Source of the DNA: Macrostomum hystrix
Lineage: Eukaryota > Animalia > Platyhelminthes
DNA length: 64,000 bases
Assembly (NCBI GenBank): GCA_950097015.1
Contig: CATNEN010000025.1
Span: 2,542,001-2,606,000 of the forward strand
Direction of reading: 5' to 3'
Shown: positions 1 through 12,000 of the stretch, one piece after another
Layout of the letters: the number at the start of each line of letters is the position of its first letter
How positions within the stretch are numbered: position 1 is the first letter of the stretch
Made by a program: the position numbers and the translations under genes
Notes under the pieces: generated by a model
Databases searched by the model: none
The model's input: the letters and a program-made list of their open reading frames with translations, nothing else
What the model was told of the DNA's origin: nothing

Positions 1-1150
1 ATAGGGCAATGACCTGCTCATTGACGAGAGGAGGGATAGGGCAATGACCTGCTCATTGGTTAGAGAAGGGATAGGGTAATGACCTGCTCATTGATTAGAG
101 GAGGGATAGGGTAATGACCTGCTCATTGGTTAGAGAAGGGATAGGGCAATGACCTGCTCATTGACGAGAGGAGGGATAGGGCAATGACCTGCTCATTGAC
201 GAGAGGAGGGATAGGGCAATGACCTGCTCATTGACGAGAGGAGGGATAGGGTAATGACCTGCTCATTGACGAGAGGAGGGATAGGGCAATGACCTGCTCA
301 TTGACGAGAGGAGGGATAGGGCAATGACCTGCTCATTGACGAGAGGAGGGATAGGGTAATGACCTGCTCATTGATTAGAGGAGGGATAGGGTAATGACCT
401 GCTCATTGGTTAGAGAAGGGGTAGGGCAATGACCTGCTCATTGACGAGAGGAGGGATAGGGAGGGATTGGGTTAGTTGACCTGCTCATTGACGAGAGGAG
501 GGATAGGGCAATGACCTGCTCATTGACGAGAGGAGGGATAGGGCAATGACCTGCTCATTGACGAGAGGAGGGATAGGGTAATGACCTGCTCATTGATTAG
601 AGGAGGGATAGGGCAATGACCTGCTCATTGGTTAGAGAAGGGATAGGGCAATGACCTGCTCATTGGTTAGAGAAGGGATAGGGCAATGACCTGCTCATTG
701 ACGAGAGGAGGGATAGGGCAATGACCTGCTCATTGACGAGAGGAGGGATAGGGCAATGACCTGCTCATTGACGAGAGGAGGGATAGGGCAATGACCTGCT
801 CATTGACGAGAGGAGGGATAGGGCAATGACCTGCTCATTGACGAGAGGAGGGATAGGGTAATGACCTGCTCATTGATTAGAGGAGGGATAGGGCAATGAC
901 CTGCTCATTGGTTAGAGAAGGGATAGGGCAATGACCTGCTCATTGACGAGAGGAGGGATAGGGCAATGACCTGCTCATTGACGAGAGGAGGGATAGGGCA
1001 ATGACCTGCTCATTGACGAGAGGAGGGATAGGGCAATGACCTGCTCATTGATTAGAGGAGGGATAGGGCAATGACCTGCTCATTGATGAGAGGAGGGATA
1101 GGGCAATGACCTGCTCATTGGTTAGATGAGGAATAGGGCAATATCCTGCT
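1..1150. repeat. Minisatellite, 35-bp unit (ATAGGGCAATGACCTGCTCATTGACGAGAGGAGGG), ~32 copies, runs off window start; decays to ~1260
   Basis: Directly visible tandem units; each has a CAATGA-n5-TCATTG inverted repeat. Confidence 0.97.
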
Positions 1151-1331
1151 TATTGATTAAAGGGGATAGACAAATGACTTGATTTGTGATGGGGCAATGT
1201 AGAGGTTTGGGGTAATGACCTGGTCATTGATGAGAGGAGGGGTGGTGTAATGACCGATTTAATGAGCAGTGGACGGGTAAAGAGTGCTTAAGATAAGGAT
1301 TTGAGTATGAGAACTGGCGAAATGTGTGCCA

Positions 1332-2318
1332 TCAGGTCTTCTTCTGCTGCTTGTCCTTCCTGCAGTCAGGGCAGTACCATTTTCCTCGCGGCTCGGATGT
1401 CAGCTTGACGCATTTGAAGTGAAACCATTCGATGGCGCATCGGTCATTGTCGCAGGCGATCATGTCGCCGAAGGAGCCCTTATTGCAGATGCAGTAGCGG
1501 AGGGTCTCATCGTTGGCCGAACCGGAGCTGTGATTCTTCTGCTGTTGCTGTTGAGTCTTGGCCGACTTCTGCGACTGCGACGCCTGCTGCCGTTGCTGCT
1601 TCCTTGAAGCGCCGGCGGGCGTCTGCTGCTGCTGCTGCTGCTGACGCAGTTTTCTTCGCTTTGGAGACAATAGTCCACCAGTCGAAGCTGCGGCAGCGGC
1701 AGCGGCAGCGTCCCGACTGCTCGAGCTGGCATTGGAGGAAGCGGGCTCGTCCTTGTCGGAGGCTACAGTGGATTGTCTCCTCTCTCCGCCAGCCGAAGCC
1801 CGATGATGTCGATGACGCTGACGATGCTGGTGCTGCTGCTGCTGTTGCTCTGTTGAAGAGGCCGGGCTGCCAGTCGATGACGCGGCGGCTGCAGCGGCGG
1901 CGGCGGCAGCAGATGCCGCTTCGATTCGAGACAGGAGGTTTCGCCTACCGGCATCCAGTTGCATCCGGCGGCCGTCGATGAGGTCCTGGATGAGGCCGGC
2001 CAGTCGCATCTTTTCCTCGCCGAGTTCCTGCAGTCGGGCCAGACTGCGCTGGACGCTGTTAGTAGCGACGGAGTCGTTAATCGGCGAGGAACCAGACGAC
2101 GCCAGACGTTCAAGATCGGCGACGGAGGCGTGACAGCGGGCGTCTAGTTCGCGATACTGCGACAGGCAGGTTTGCAGATCGCCTGGAAGAGATTCGCAGC
2201 AATCTAGGACATCCTCCAGGTAGGCAGCCAGCAGGTGCCACTCAGGTGAGCCTGTCTCCAGGCCGCCGGTGGCCGCCGCGGATAGTGCGGCTGCTTCGCG
2301 ATCAGTTGCCGCTGCCGA
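1332..2318 (-). CDS. ING1: Inhibitor of growth (ING1/ING2-like) PHD-finger protein; single coding exon, start codon not present in contiguous genomic sequence
   Basis: N-terminal ING domain ([17 protein letters not shown]...[10 protein letters not shown]) and C-terminal PHD finger ([32 protein letters not shown]...GKWYCPDC). The ORF-track start is TTG inside the acceptor TTCCATTCGTTGCAG (AG at 2320-2319); an in-frame TAG lies 7 codons upstream. ING1 versus ING2 cannot be resolved. Confidence 0.93.
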   Translation of the reverse strand, partial: SAAATDREAAALSAAATGGLETGSPEWHLLAAYLEDVLDCCESLPGDLQTCLSQYRELDARCHASVADLERLASSGSSPINDSVATNSVQRSLARLQELGEEKMRLAGLIQDLIDGRRMQLDAGRRNLLSRIEAASAAAAAAAAAASSTGSPASSTEQQQQQHQHRQRHRHHRASAGGERRQSTVASDKDEPASSNASSSSRDAAAAAAAASTGGLLSPKRRKLRQQQQQQQTPAGASRKQQRQQASQSQKSAKTQQQQQKNHSSGSANDETLRYCICNKGSFGDMIACDNDRCAIEWFHFKCVKLTSEPRGKWYCPDCRKDKQQKKT

Positions 2319-2340
2319 CTGCAACGAATGGAAAGCAGAC
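2319..2340 (-). promoter_or_regulatory. 3' splice acceptor (candidate trans-splice site) for ING
   Basis: Minus strand GTCTGCTTTCCATTCGTTGCAG|TCG GCA GCG; pyrimidine tract plus CAG, phase 0. Confidence 0.7.
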
Positions 2341-2419
2341 TAATTGGGCCGCGAAGCAATGGGCCAAGGGTTGACGGGAAAGCCAGTTGCCTAACCCATT
2401 AAAGGTTAATCAGTTAATT

Positions 2420-4160
2420 CTTCAGGGTTTGTTGGTAAGCTGCTAAATCATTCAGGGTTTGTTGGTAAGCTGCTAAATCATTCAGGGTTTGTTGGTAAGC
2501 TGCTAAATCATTCAGGGTTTGTTGGTAAGCTGCTAAATCATTCAGGGTTTGTTGGTAAGCTACTAAATCATTCAGGGTTTGTTGGGAAAGCTGCTAAATC
2601 ATTCAGGGTTTGTTGGGAAAGCTACTAAATCATTCAGGGTTTGTTGGGAAAGCTACTAAATCATTCAGGGTTAGTTGGGAAAGCTACTAAATCATTCAGG
2701 GTTTGTTGGGAAAGCTACTAAATCATTCAGGGTTAGTTGGGAAAGCTACTAAATCATTCAGGGTTAGTTGGGAAAGCTACTAAATCATTCAGGGTTAGTT
2801 GGGAAAGCTACTAAATCATTCAGGGTTTGTTGGGAAAGCTGCTAAATCATTCAGGGTTAGTTGGGAAAGCTACTAAATCATTCAGGGTTAGTTGGGAAAG
2901 CTACTAAATCATTCAGGGTTTGTTGGGAAAGCTACTAAATCATTCAGGGTTTGTTGGGAAAGCTGCTAAATCATTAAGGGTTTGTTGGGAAAGCTACTAA
3001 ATCATTCAGGGTTTGTTGGGAAAGCTGCTAAATCATTCAGGGTTTGTTGGGAAAGCTACTAAATCATTCAGGGTTAGTTGGGAAAGCTACTAAATCATTC
3101 AGGGTTTGTTGGGAAAGCTACTAAATCATTCAGGGTTAGTTGGGAAAGCTACTAAATCATTCAGGGTTAGTTGGGAAAGCTACTAAATCATTCAGGGTTA
3201 GTTGGGAAAGCTGCTAAATCATTCAGGGTTTGTTGGGAAAGCTACTAAATCATTCAGGGTTTGTTGGGAAAGCTACTAAATCATTCAGGGTTTGTTGGGA
3301 AAGCTACTAAATCATTCAGGGTTTGTTGGGAAAGCTACTAAATCATTCAGGGTTAGTTGGGAAAGCTACTAAATCATTCAGGGTTTGTTGGGAAAGCTAC
3401 TAAATCATTCAGGGTTTGTTGGGAAAGCTACTAAATCATTCAGGGTTTGTTGGGAAAGCTACTAAATCATTCAGGGTTTGTTGGGAAAGCTACTAAATCA
3501 TTCAGGGTTAGTTGGGAAAGCTACTAAATCATTCAGGGTTAGTTGGGAAAGCTGCTAAATCATTCAGGGTTAGTTGGGAAAGCTGCTAAATCATTCAGGG
3601 TTAGTTGGGAAAGCTACTAAATCATTCAGGGTTAGTTGGGAAAGCTACTAAATCATTCAGGGTTAGTTGGGAAAGCTACTAAATCATTCAGGGTTTGTTG
3701 GGAAAGCTACTAAATCATTCAGGGTTTGTTGAGAAAGCTACTAAATCATTCAGGGTTAGTTGGGAAAGCTACTAAATCATTCAGGGTTAGTTGGGAAAGC
3801 TACTAAATCATTCAGGGTTAGTTGGGAAAGCTACTAAATCATTCAGGGTTTGTTGGGAAAGCTACTAAATCATTCAGGGTTTGTTGGGAAAGCTACTAAA
3901 TCATTCAGGGTTTGTTGGGAAAGCTGCTAAATCCTTCAGGGTTAGTTGGGAAAGCTACTAAATCATTCAGGGTTAGTTGGGAAAGCTACTAAATCATTCA
4001 GGGTTAGTTGGGAAAGCTACTAAATCATTCAGGGTTTGTTGAGAAAGCTACTAAATCATTCAGGGTTTGTTGGGAAAGCTAGTAAATCATTCAGGGTTAG
4101 TTGGGAAAGCTAGTAAATCATTCAGGGTTAGTTGGGAAAGCTACTAAATCATTCAGGGGA
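2420..4160. repeat. Minisatellite, 30-31-bp unit (TTCAGGGTTTGTTGGGAAAGCTACTAAATCA), ~56 copies
   Basis: Directly visible tandem array between ARMC6 and ING. Confidence 0.97.
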
Positions 4161-4714
4161 AGGTTGAGAAGTCGCAACATTATTCAGTTTCTGGCCAGCT
4201 ATATTATAAATAGAAATCTAAATGACATAAGATTGAGACAAAGGCAAGCAAGCAAGGTGTGAAGAGCGCTGCAATGTAGACTGCAAGCTTGCCTTTGTAT
4301 TTTGAGTTAGTTACTTACTTCTGTACTTTTTGGAACTGATAGCAAAACAAAAATGCCTGGAAAAAATTGATTTGTAGGCTTAAGGGGTAAAAAAACAAAA
4401 ATTATTCGACATTTAGTATTTCGGTATGATAACTATTCAGTAACATGTCGGCATCAGATTTATCTGGAATCAAGAGTCTAAACGAAGCAAAAAAGCAGTA
4501 AGGGAGGGAATCACAAGAAAAAAGGTGTATGCAGACACATCTTAGTCTCGTCTGTATAGGATCCATTTTTAGTAGACACCGTTGTGATTTTTGTTTTATT
4601 ATCGCAGTCGAACACTGCTTTAATAAATTGTTAGGCATCAAGGCTTGCTTATTTCTGTTTATTGCTAATAAACTTGAAATATTAATAATCAATAATAAGG
4701 TTGCTATCTAGACG

Positions 4715-5378
4715 TTTATTAACGCCATCTAGATCGACGATGAGGCCATCTAGATCTACTTTGAGGCCATCTAGATCTACAATGAGGCCATCTAGATCTA
4801 CTTTGAGGCCATCTAGATCTACAATGAGGCCATCTAGATCTACTTTGAGGCCATCTAGATCTACAATGAGGCCATCTAGATCTACAATGAGGCCATCTAG
4901 ATCTAAAATAAGGCCATCTAGATGTTCAATGAGGCCATCTAGATCTACAATCAGGCCATCTAGATGTTCAATGAGGCCATCTAGATGTTCAATGAGGCCA
5001 TCTGGATGTTCAATGAGGCCATCTGGATGTTCAATGAGGCCATCTAGATGTTCAATGAGGCCATCTAGATGTTCAATGAGGCCATCTGGATGTTCAATGA
5101 GGCCATCTAGATGTTCAATGAGGCCATCTAGATGTTCAATGAGGCCATCTGGATGTTCAATGAGGCCATCTGGATGTTCAATGAGGCCATCTAGATGTTC
5201 AATGAGGCCATCTAGATGTTCAATGAGGCCATCTGGATGTTCAATGAGGCCATCTAGATGTTCAATGAGGCCATCTAGATGTTCAATGAAGCCATCTGGA
5301 TGTTCAATGAGGCCATCTGGATGTTCAATGAGGCCATCTGGATGTTCAATGAGGCCATCTAGATGTTCAATGAGGCCA
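4715..5378. repeat. Minisatellite, 21-bp unit (GAGGCCATCTAGATGTTCAAT), ~31 copies
   Basis: Tandem array containing the palindrome CATCTAGATG; source of the spurious (MRPSRCS)n ORF. Confidence 0.96.
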
Positions 5379-5461
5379 AATCGAAATCCAAACTCAAAGA
5401 ACTCGCAGATCAGTTTTCAATAAATGAAATAACCAACCTACTCAATAACTCAATAGGGTCT

Positions 5462-7674
5462 TTAATCGCCCCTAGGCAGCTGTCCGTTACGCCCTGTCCA
5501 AAGCATGGGCTCAAATTTGACATCGCAGCCAAGCGCCAGTAGGGCGGCTTTGGCTTCATCTTTGCACACAGGCAGCAGGCTATTGATCAGAGGCTCCATG
5601 CCATGTGCTAGCAGGGCTGGTCGAACAGAACCGCCAGACTCGGCGGACTCGTCGCGAGCGGCGGCATTTCGAACGCAGAGGCAGAGCTGACGCATCAGGG
5701 CCGCGTCTGAGCGGTGAAGGCCGGCGATCTGGGACAGCAGGACAGCGCCGGGCAGTTCGACTGTTAGGCGACGCGCCGTAGCCGGCTGGCGAAGGCACAG
5801 ATTTGCGGTTAGACCGAGGAACTGGTGCACAACGTGTGCCTGCTTGACGTATCTGTGCGGTGAGTGTAGAAAGGGCGTTTGTGTTGATGAATCGGAGGTG
5901 TAGAAGGGGCGGGTGTGTTCCTGAATCGGAGGTGTAGAAGGGGCGGATGTGTTCCTGAATCAGAGGTGTAGAAGTGGCGGATGTGTTCCTGAATCAGAGG
6001 TGCAGAAGGGGCGGATGTGTTCCTGAATCAGAGGTGCAGAAGTGGCGGATGTGTTCCTGAATCAGAGGTGTAGAAGTGGCGGATGTGTTCCTGAATCAGA
6101 GGTGTAGAAGGGGCGGATGTGTTCCTGAATCAGAGGTGCAGAAGGGGCGGATGTGTTCCTGAATCAGAGGTGCAGAAGTGGCGGATGTGTTCCTGAATCA
6201 GAGGTGTAGAAGTGGCGGATGTGTTCCTGAATCAGAGGTGTAGAAGTGGCGGATGTGTTCCTGAATCAGAGGTGCAGAAGTGGCGGATGTGTTCCTGAAT
6301 CAGAGGTGTAGAAGTGGCGGATGTGTTCCTGAATCAGAGGTGTAGAAGGGGCGGATGTGTTCCTGAATCAGAGGTGCAGAAGGGGCGGATGTGTTCCTGA
6401 ATCAGAGGTGCAGAAGTGGCGGATGTGTTCCTGAATCAGAGGTGTAGAAGGGGCGGATGTGTTCCTGAATCAGAGGTGTAGAAGGGGCGGATGTGTTCCT
6501 GAATCAGAGGTGCAGAAGGGGCGGATGTGTTCCTGAATCAGAGGTGCAGAAGGTCATACTTGGCAGCCACATCGATCAGCTCGGGCAGGTGTACCGCCGC
6601 GGCCCGTTTAACCTGGTCGTTTCGCGCCAGATTGCGCAGCAGTCCCATGCCGGAGGCGGGCAGCTGAGGCTCCTGACTGTGCGCGCAGACGGCGCCAACA
6701 ATGAATTCGCAGGCTCCTAGTTCCAGGGCGCGCTGGCAGAATTCGTCGCGAACAGCCAGACAGGCCAGGGTGTCAAAAACTCGGGCGACAGTCTTGCGCG
6801 ACTCCGGTCGATTGTAGCGTCGGCATAGTCGCAACAGCAGGCCCAGAGCCGGAGTATCGGACATCACCAGCCTGGCCCGTTCGTGCGCTTGACCGACAAC
6901 AGCTCTGACGTCATCGTCGAGAGTTAGCAGACGGAATAGCCGACAGACTTGACACACCAGCGCCTCCCGGCCAGGTCGGGTTCTCAATAGGCGGGCTAGC
7001 ATAGGCACTAGGTCGTTAAGAACCAACAATTGACGATTGGCTTCGTTCAGCACGCACGCACTACCGAGTACGCCCAGCAGAGCCGTCAGTTCGGATGCGG
7101 TCTCAGCTGTGCCTTCGTCTGTCTCGGCAATCTCGTCAACCTCGTCATCGCCAGCCTCGGCAACGCCATCAGAGTCGGACAGGCCAGCCAATGTCTTGGC
7201 TCTATCTAGCAGAGCAATCAACTGGTCCGATTTCAAAGCGTCCGACTGCTGCTTCAATAAGCGACGAAGGCAGCGCAGAGCGGCGCAGACAATCGTTACC
7301 CGACGACCATCGGCCAGACGGAGTAAAGCGGACGGTGAGCCAAGATTGGCGGCCAGAACTCGCTGCGGTAGACCGGCCACCAACTGGGCTGACAATTCGC
7401 CAATGCACTTGATAACATGAGCTTCCTGCTCTGGGGTTGAATCACCGGTGACTTCTGTCGCCGCAGCTTCTATCAAGGCGTTGACAGCCAGCACTAGCGG
7501 ATGCTGGCCATCTGGATACAGTGGCAGATCGCGCATGATTAGGCCAAGCGTCACATTCTGCGCCTCGAGCTGTTTAACAGCGTCCTCAACGGCCTCATCT
7601 GGCGGCATATCGAATTCGTCTATGTTCTCCCGAACTAGACTGTTGTAGGTGTCCTGCGATACTGGGCGGGACAT
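5462..7674 (-). CDS. ARMC6: Armadillo repeat-containing protein 6; join(7674..6560, 5852..5462), 501 aa
   Basis: N-term MSRPVSQDTYNSLVRENIDEFDMPPDEAVEDAVKQLEAQ and C-term AKAALLALGCDVKFEPMLWTG match the ARMC6 family termini. Donor AA|GTATGA (6559) and acceptor CACAG|A (5853) are phase-2 compatible; total 1506 nt. Acceptor TTTCAG lies 8 nt before the ATG. Confidence 0.9.
5875..6552. repeat. Intronic minisatellite, 34-bp unit (GTTCCTGAATCAGAGGTGTAGAAGGGGCGGATGT), ~20 copies, fills the ARMC6 intron
   Basis: Tandem array spanning nearly all of intron 5853-6559. Confidence 0.96.
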
Positions 7675-8473
7675 GCTGAGTGCTGAAATAGGCACCACTG
7701 TAACGGCATCAAATTTACTTGATTTGTGCGAGGGCCAAGCAAGCTTATTTGTCCCACCCTCCGCTCTCTCTCTCTCTCTCTCTCTCTCAGGAACTGCTTC
7801 AGTCAGAGAAACATCGCTCAATGCTACTAATATAAATAGGGCTAGTTTACCGTTTGCACAGATTTCTCTTAAATATGGTTCGGCAACTCCGGCCCGCGGG
7901 CCAGATGCGGCCCTTCCGACACCTACAGTATCCCTTTTCATCTTTCCCCTTCATTATCTCTCCTCGGTCTCGTCTCTCCCTTGTTTAATCTCTCCCGTAT
8001 CTTATCTCTCCCGTGTCTTATCCCTCCACTGTCTCATCTCCCCGTCATCTCTTCGATATCTCATCTCTCCCCTATCTCATATTTCTACAGACAATGCGGC
8101 CCGCCGTCGTCTTTTAGGTTCTCTCTTTGGCCAGCTAGCTAATAATTTTGCCGACCCCTGCGTCTTAAACTTAATATTTTAAGTCCACAAAGCCGTACGC
8201 ACTTAAAACACTTTTTAAATACAGACATAATTTCGGGGACACTTGTAACCAGGTGAAGCCCTAGTCTACTCATAAGTAGCATGGTAAGTGAAATTAGTGT
8301 GGAAGTGGAAGTTAATGCAAAGGTATCCAATATCCATTGAACAAACATACAATATTTTTAATTATATTTTTTGACAAATTTAAGAACATAAAAAATGCAG
8401 GCTACACACAGTCCTGATTTAGACAATACATTAACAGTGAATGCTAAGCGAGTTAAGAATATTTAGCTCCGAT

Positions 8474-9034
8474 TTAACCATCCGGGCGAAATTTTCTCTG
8501 CTCGACAATGCTGCGCAATTTCTCAGCAAAGCTAGCTCTCAGGGCGCCGATTCGTTCTCGACGCGCTTCAGCCAGAGTCGCTTTCGGCGCATTGGCACCG
8601 TTCAGCGCCAGCCGCAGCTCGGAGACTGCCGCCTTCTCGCGCCTACGCTGACGCTCTAGTTGGCGTCTGGCGCGCGATTGGCCCCGACCGAATACCAGCG
8701 CCCGGGTAGCGTCCTCCGTCTCAGCGGCGCCGGTGTTAGCCTTAGCCTGACTAGTAGCTTCACTGTTAGCATCATTGTTTGAGTCAATGGTTGCAGAAGC
8801 AGCGGCGCCGCCTTTCTTATAGCTGACAGTTACCCAGCCTTCTGAATCTGGCTGGCGCGACTGGCGCTTCTCCTCTTTATCAACAGCTTCGTAGTATCTA
8901 GCTAGCAATAGCTGGCAGTCCTGCAGTGTCTGCTCCTCCAACTGTTTAGGTATTAATTGTAGGGTCTCGCGAATGTATTCCTGACGCATGGCTTCTATCT
9001 GTGCTGAACCTGGGGTATTCAGCTTTGACTCCAT
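8474..9034 (-). CDS. RRP7A: RRP7A-like ribosome biogenesis protein, C-terminal RRP7 domain exon (possible further 5' exons at 9346..9238 and ~9996..9849)
   Basis: PDSEGWVTV and terminal QRKFRP motifs match the RRP7 C-terminal domain; tandem acceptors TTGCAG|CAG|CAATG directly before the ATG at 9034; middle part is divergent. Confidence 0.7.
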   Translation of the reverse strand: MESKLNTPGSAQIEAMRQEYIRETLQLIPKQLEEQTLQDCQLLLARYYEAVDKEEKRQSRQPDSEGWVTVSYKKGGAAASATIDSNNDANSEATSQAKANTGAAETEDATRALVFGRGQSRARRQLERQRRREKAAVSELRLALNGANAPKATLAEARRERIGALRASFAEKLRSIVEQRKFRPDG

Positions 9035-12000
9035 TGCTGCTGCAATATGTAGCAAAAATTCACTGCAATTACTGCAATCGGTAATTATATTTGTGACCAT
9101 GCAAGTTAAAACTAAATTCAAGCCTAGAATCACTACAGGAAGCATTACACTCTTCTTTGAAAAAACAATTGATTCCTTCTACTGTGCATGTTGAGCGGTG
9201 CAAATCTGTAGTTAATTTAGCAGAAATATGGTGTTACTTCTGAAAAACTTGATGAAATCGTGTTTTTGTGCCCCATCTTTATCTAACTTCTTAAAAATTT
9301 TGCAATAATCTAGCAACATTTTTGGAATATAGTTGTCAAACTGCTCCTGAATGATACCCCTCTCACTTTGCTTTCTATTACATGATTCCAAGAAACATTT
9401 ACTCAGGCAGTTTTTGGGTCATGGAACTCTACTATAAGTAGAACTGTTTGGGCATTGAGTACTTAGTGGGTGCTTTCCATTTGATTAGTTGCAATTTGAA
9501 ATGTACATTCTGAAATGCAAAGAGATAGCCTATTTAATGGGGATTTGAGTTTGACCATAGCTAATGCATTACCATGTACACAGAACAAGATATGTACAAT
9601 TGTGAAGCCTTGCTTGATGTGTACATAAAATGTATAGTATTAGAATTGTACAATTGTAGCTTTTGCTTGGTTGAAGTAAATATATATGTCTCATCTGAGA
9701 GCTTGCTAAATACCAATGCAAGATTCAGCACTGTTAAGTGAGAAGATCAACTCTTGAGTTCAGTGCCCACTTTGTCTATGTTGAGTTTACAAACAACATG
9801 ATGCACTGCTCTGCAATAATTGCAAGATATGTGGCCATTGAAAGTTACCTGCTGGCATACTTGCTCCATGAGGAGGCTAGATTTGCTGCGATAGACACAA
9901 GGCTTGTTGCACAAAGATTGGTTTAGTGAAAATAGAGGGCTGCCACTCAGCAAAAGCAGCTTGGGAAACAGTTTGGGCCTGGCATGCCACTGGCATCTAT
10001 TGAGTAGAAGAGCTCCTTGACTTATTTAACCAACTCAACACGGTTTCAGTGAACTTTGTAGGGTTTGTGGGAACTTTCTGTTTATTGAGTATTATTATTT
10101 CAAACATTTGCAAACAATGTTTGTACCAACAATTTATATGTAGCAGACTTACCAAATCAACTTAAACAATCCTAAATAAAGGATCATAATTCCCTTCAGA
10201 TTATTCTAATAAATGATTCTGGTACTTTGTATTACAAAATGGAAATGTAGAAAAGGCCAAGAATGTAGGAAACAACAAGTATAAAGCTTACAAATCTGGT
10301 ATTTAGAAAGATTACAGGAAATACATATTTGCAAGTTCTATTGCACATTATTAGACTACTAACTTAGAAATGCAAACAATAATTGCAAGTGTGTAATATA
10401 AGTCCATTCTCAATTTTTCATTCTTTAACAAATCATGCTTCATTAAATTAAAATCTTCATTAAAATAACAATGTGAAATCATTAGGTTTGTTTTAAGTTT
10501 ATCATAGACTTATCATCAACATATCATAAAAAATTAATGAAATTATTTTATTTCAGCCTTCCTTCATTCTACTCAAGCATTTTAAGTATTATACTTAATG
10601 AACATAGCATAGCAATATTTATTAAAACATGAACTTCAAAGTCTACTGTTGCCATGTCATACTTAACTTGTCAAAATTTTGAGTAGGCCTAGCTAGTCAG
10701 AAATAGTTATTAAATTTTAGTATGAAGCCTATTTAGCATAGTCTATTAATTAACTAGCCATCATTTGCTAGAGTTAAAATAGCTAGCTATGGGGTATGTA
10801 TGACAGGACTGTGCCTATGAATTAAAGTTTTAGGTCTAAAAGTGTAACTGTAGGGCCTAAGCATCAATAAAGTTGACTCGATTTATATTTATATAGACGG
10901 CGGATTATCTATAAGCTAACCATTTACTCATTCGATTCACTTGGGCCTTAGGGGCCTACTAAATACAAATTATTTCAGCAGAATCTACTACTACAGTACT
11001 AGGTCTACTAGCTTAGGCCTACTCAGTTAAATCTATGACAATGATATAAAATATAAAAAGCAATTAATAAAATGTATAATTTATATTTGGATGACGGTCA
11101 CGAGTCAAAATCGCATAATAATTGTTTGATAATAATGATTTGCGCATAAGAGCTTAGATAGAGGAACATCATCCTAAATATGAGTCATCAACATGAAACG
11201 TTCTGCTTTAGTACTGGTATGCACATCGCATTCGCATGTACATACTTGTTAGCTAGCAATTAATAATTTCAAGAATTTCCATGAAAAAATGTTTAGAAGA
11301 AACAATGGGAATAAAAAATTCTGTTAGAAAAAAAAATTTTTTTTCTATTTTGATCCATTATATTCGCAATACACCACATTCTCGCAAAAGTATTATAATT
11401 TGTTTTAAGAGGAGACTTTTGCCCGTTATATCTATCCGGAGTAAATTTCACAAATCATAAAGCCTTAAAAACCCTTTTAGCTAGCTAAGGCTAGGCCAGG
11501 CTTAATCATGATCGGCAGTCGCCTGTAATACAAAATACAAAGAATTTGAGCGAAACGCTGATCAACTCAAAGCATCGACCGAAGGTGTTTTTCTAGTACA
11601 TACAAGGACTACTATTTAGTATTTAGTTTAGTTTTCGTTTATTCGTTTATATTTATTCGTTTATTATTCGTATACTGGAATTTTTAGCAACGACAGATTT
11701 TGTTTCAAACCAAGTTTAGCGACTCGTTAGATTTAAAATGAAATATTGAAATTAATATTTAAACTATGTTATCTCGTAATTTTGTTCTGACTATAGTTTA
11801 TTGAGCCGCGGATCTTATAATTACCGCTTCACCATCGCCCCCCTGCACCCCAAGTGCAGAAATTTACAGTCGTATAATGGATGTGTAAATTGTAAGAATC
11901 AGAGTTATTAAGCAGACGTGTCCCCACAAGGCGATCTATGTGCATGTCGCGGTCCTATTATAGGTCCTTGATCTAGCTGAAGCATTGATTTTTACGCAGA

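Noticed and set aside
1-4160. Regular arrays as possible CRISPR loci
   Set aside because: Units are head-to-tail with no unique spacers, no cas genes, and the context is eukaryotic
6538-7941. ORF-track starts for ARMC6 (7941), RRP7 (9145), GLTP (17729), G-alpha (14550) and AGAP (60226), plus antisense ORFs over GC-rich exons
   Set aside because: They run through upstream non-coding sequence or use TTG/GTG starts; homology begins at the ATGs given; antisense ORFs are shadows of GC-rich coding exons
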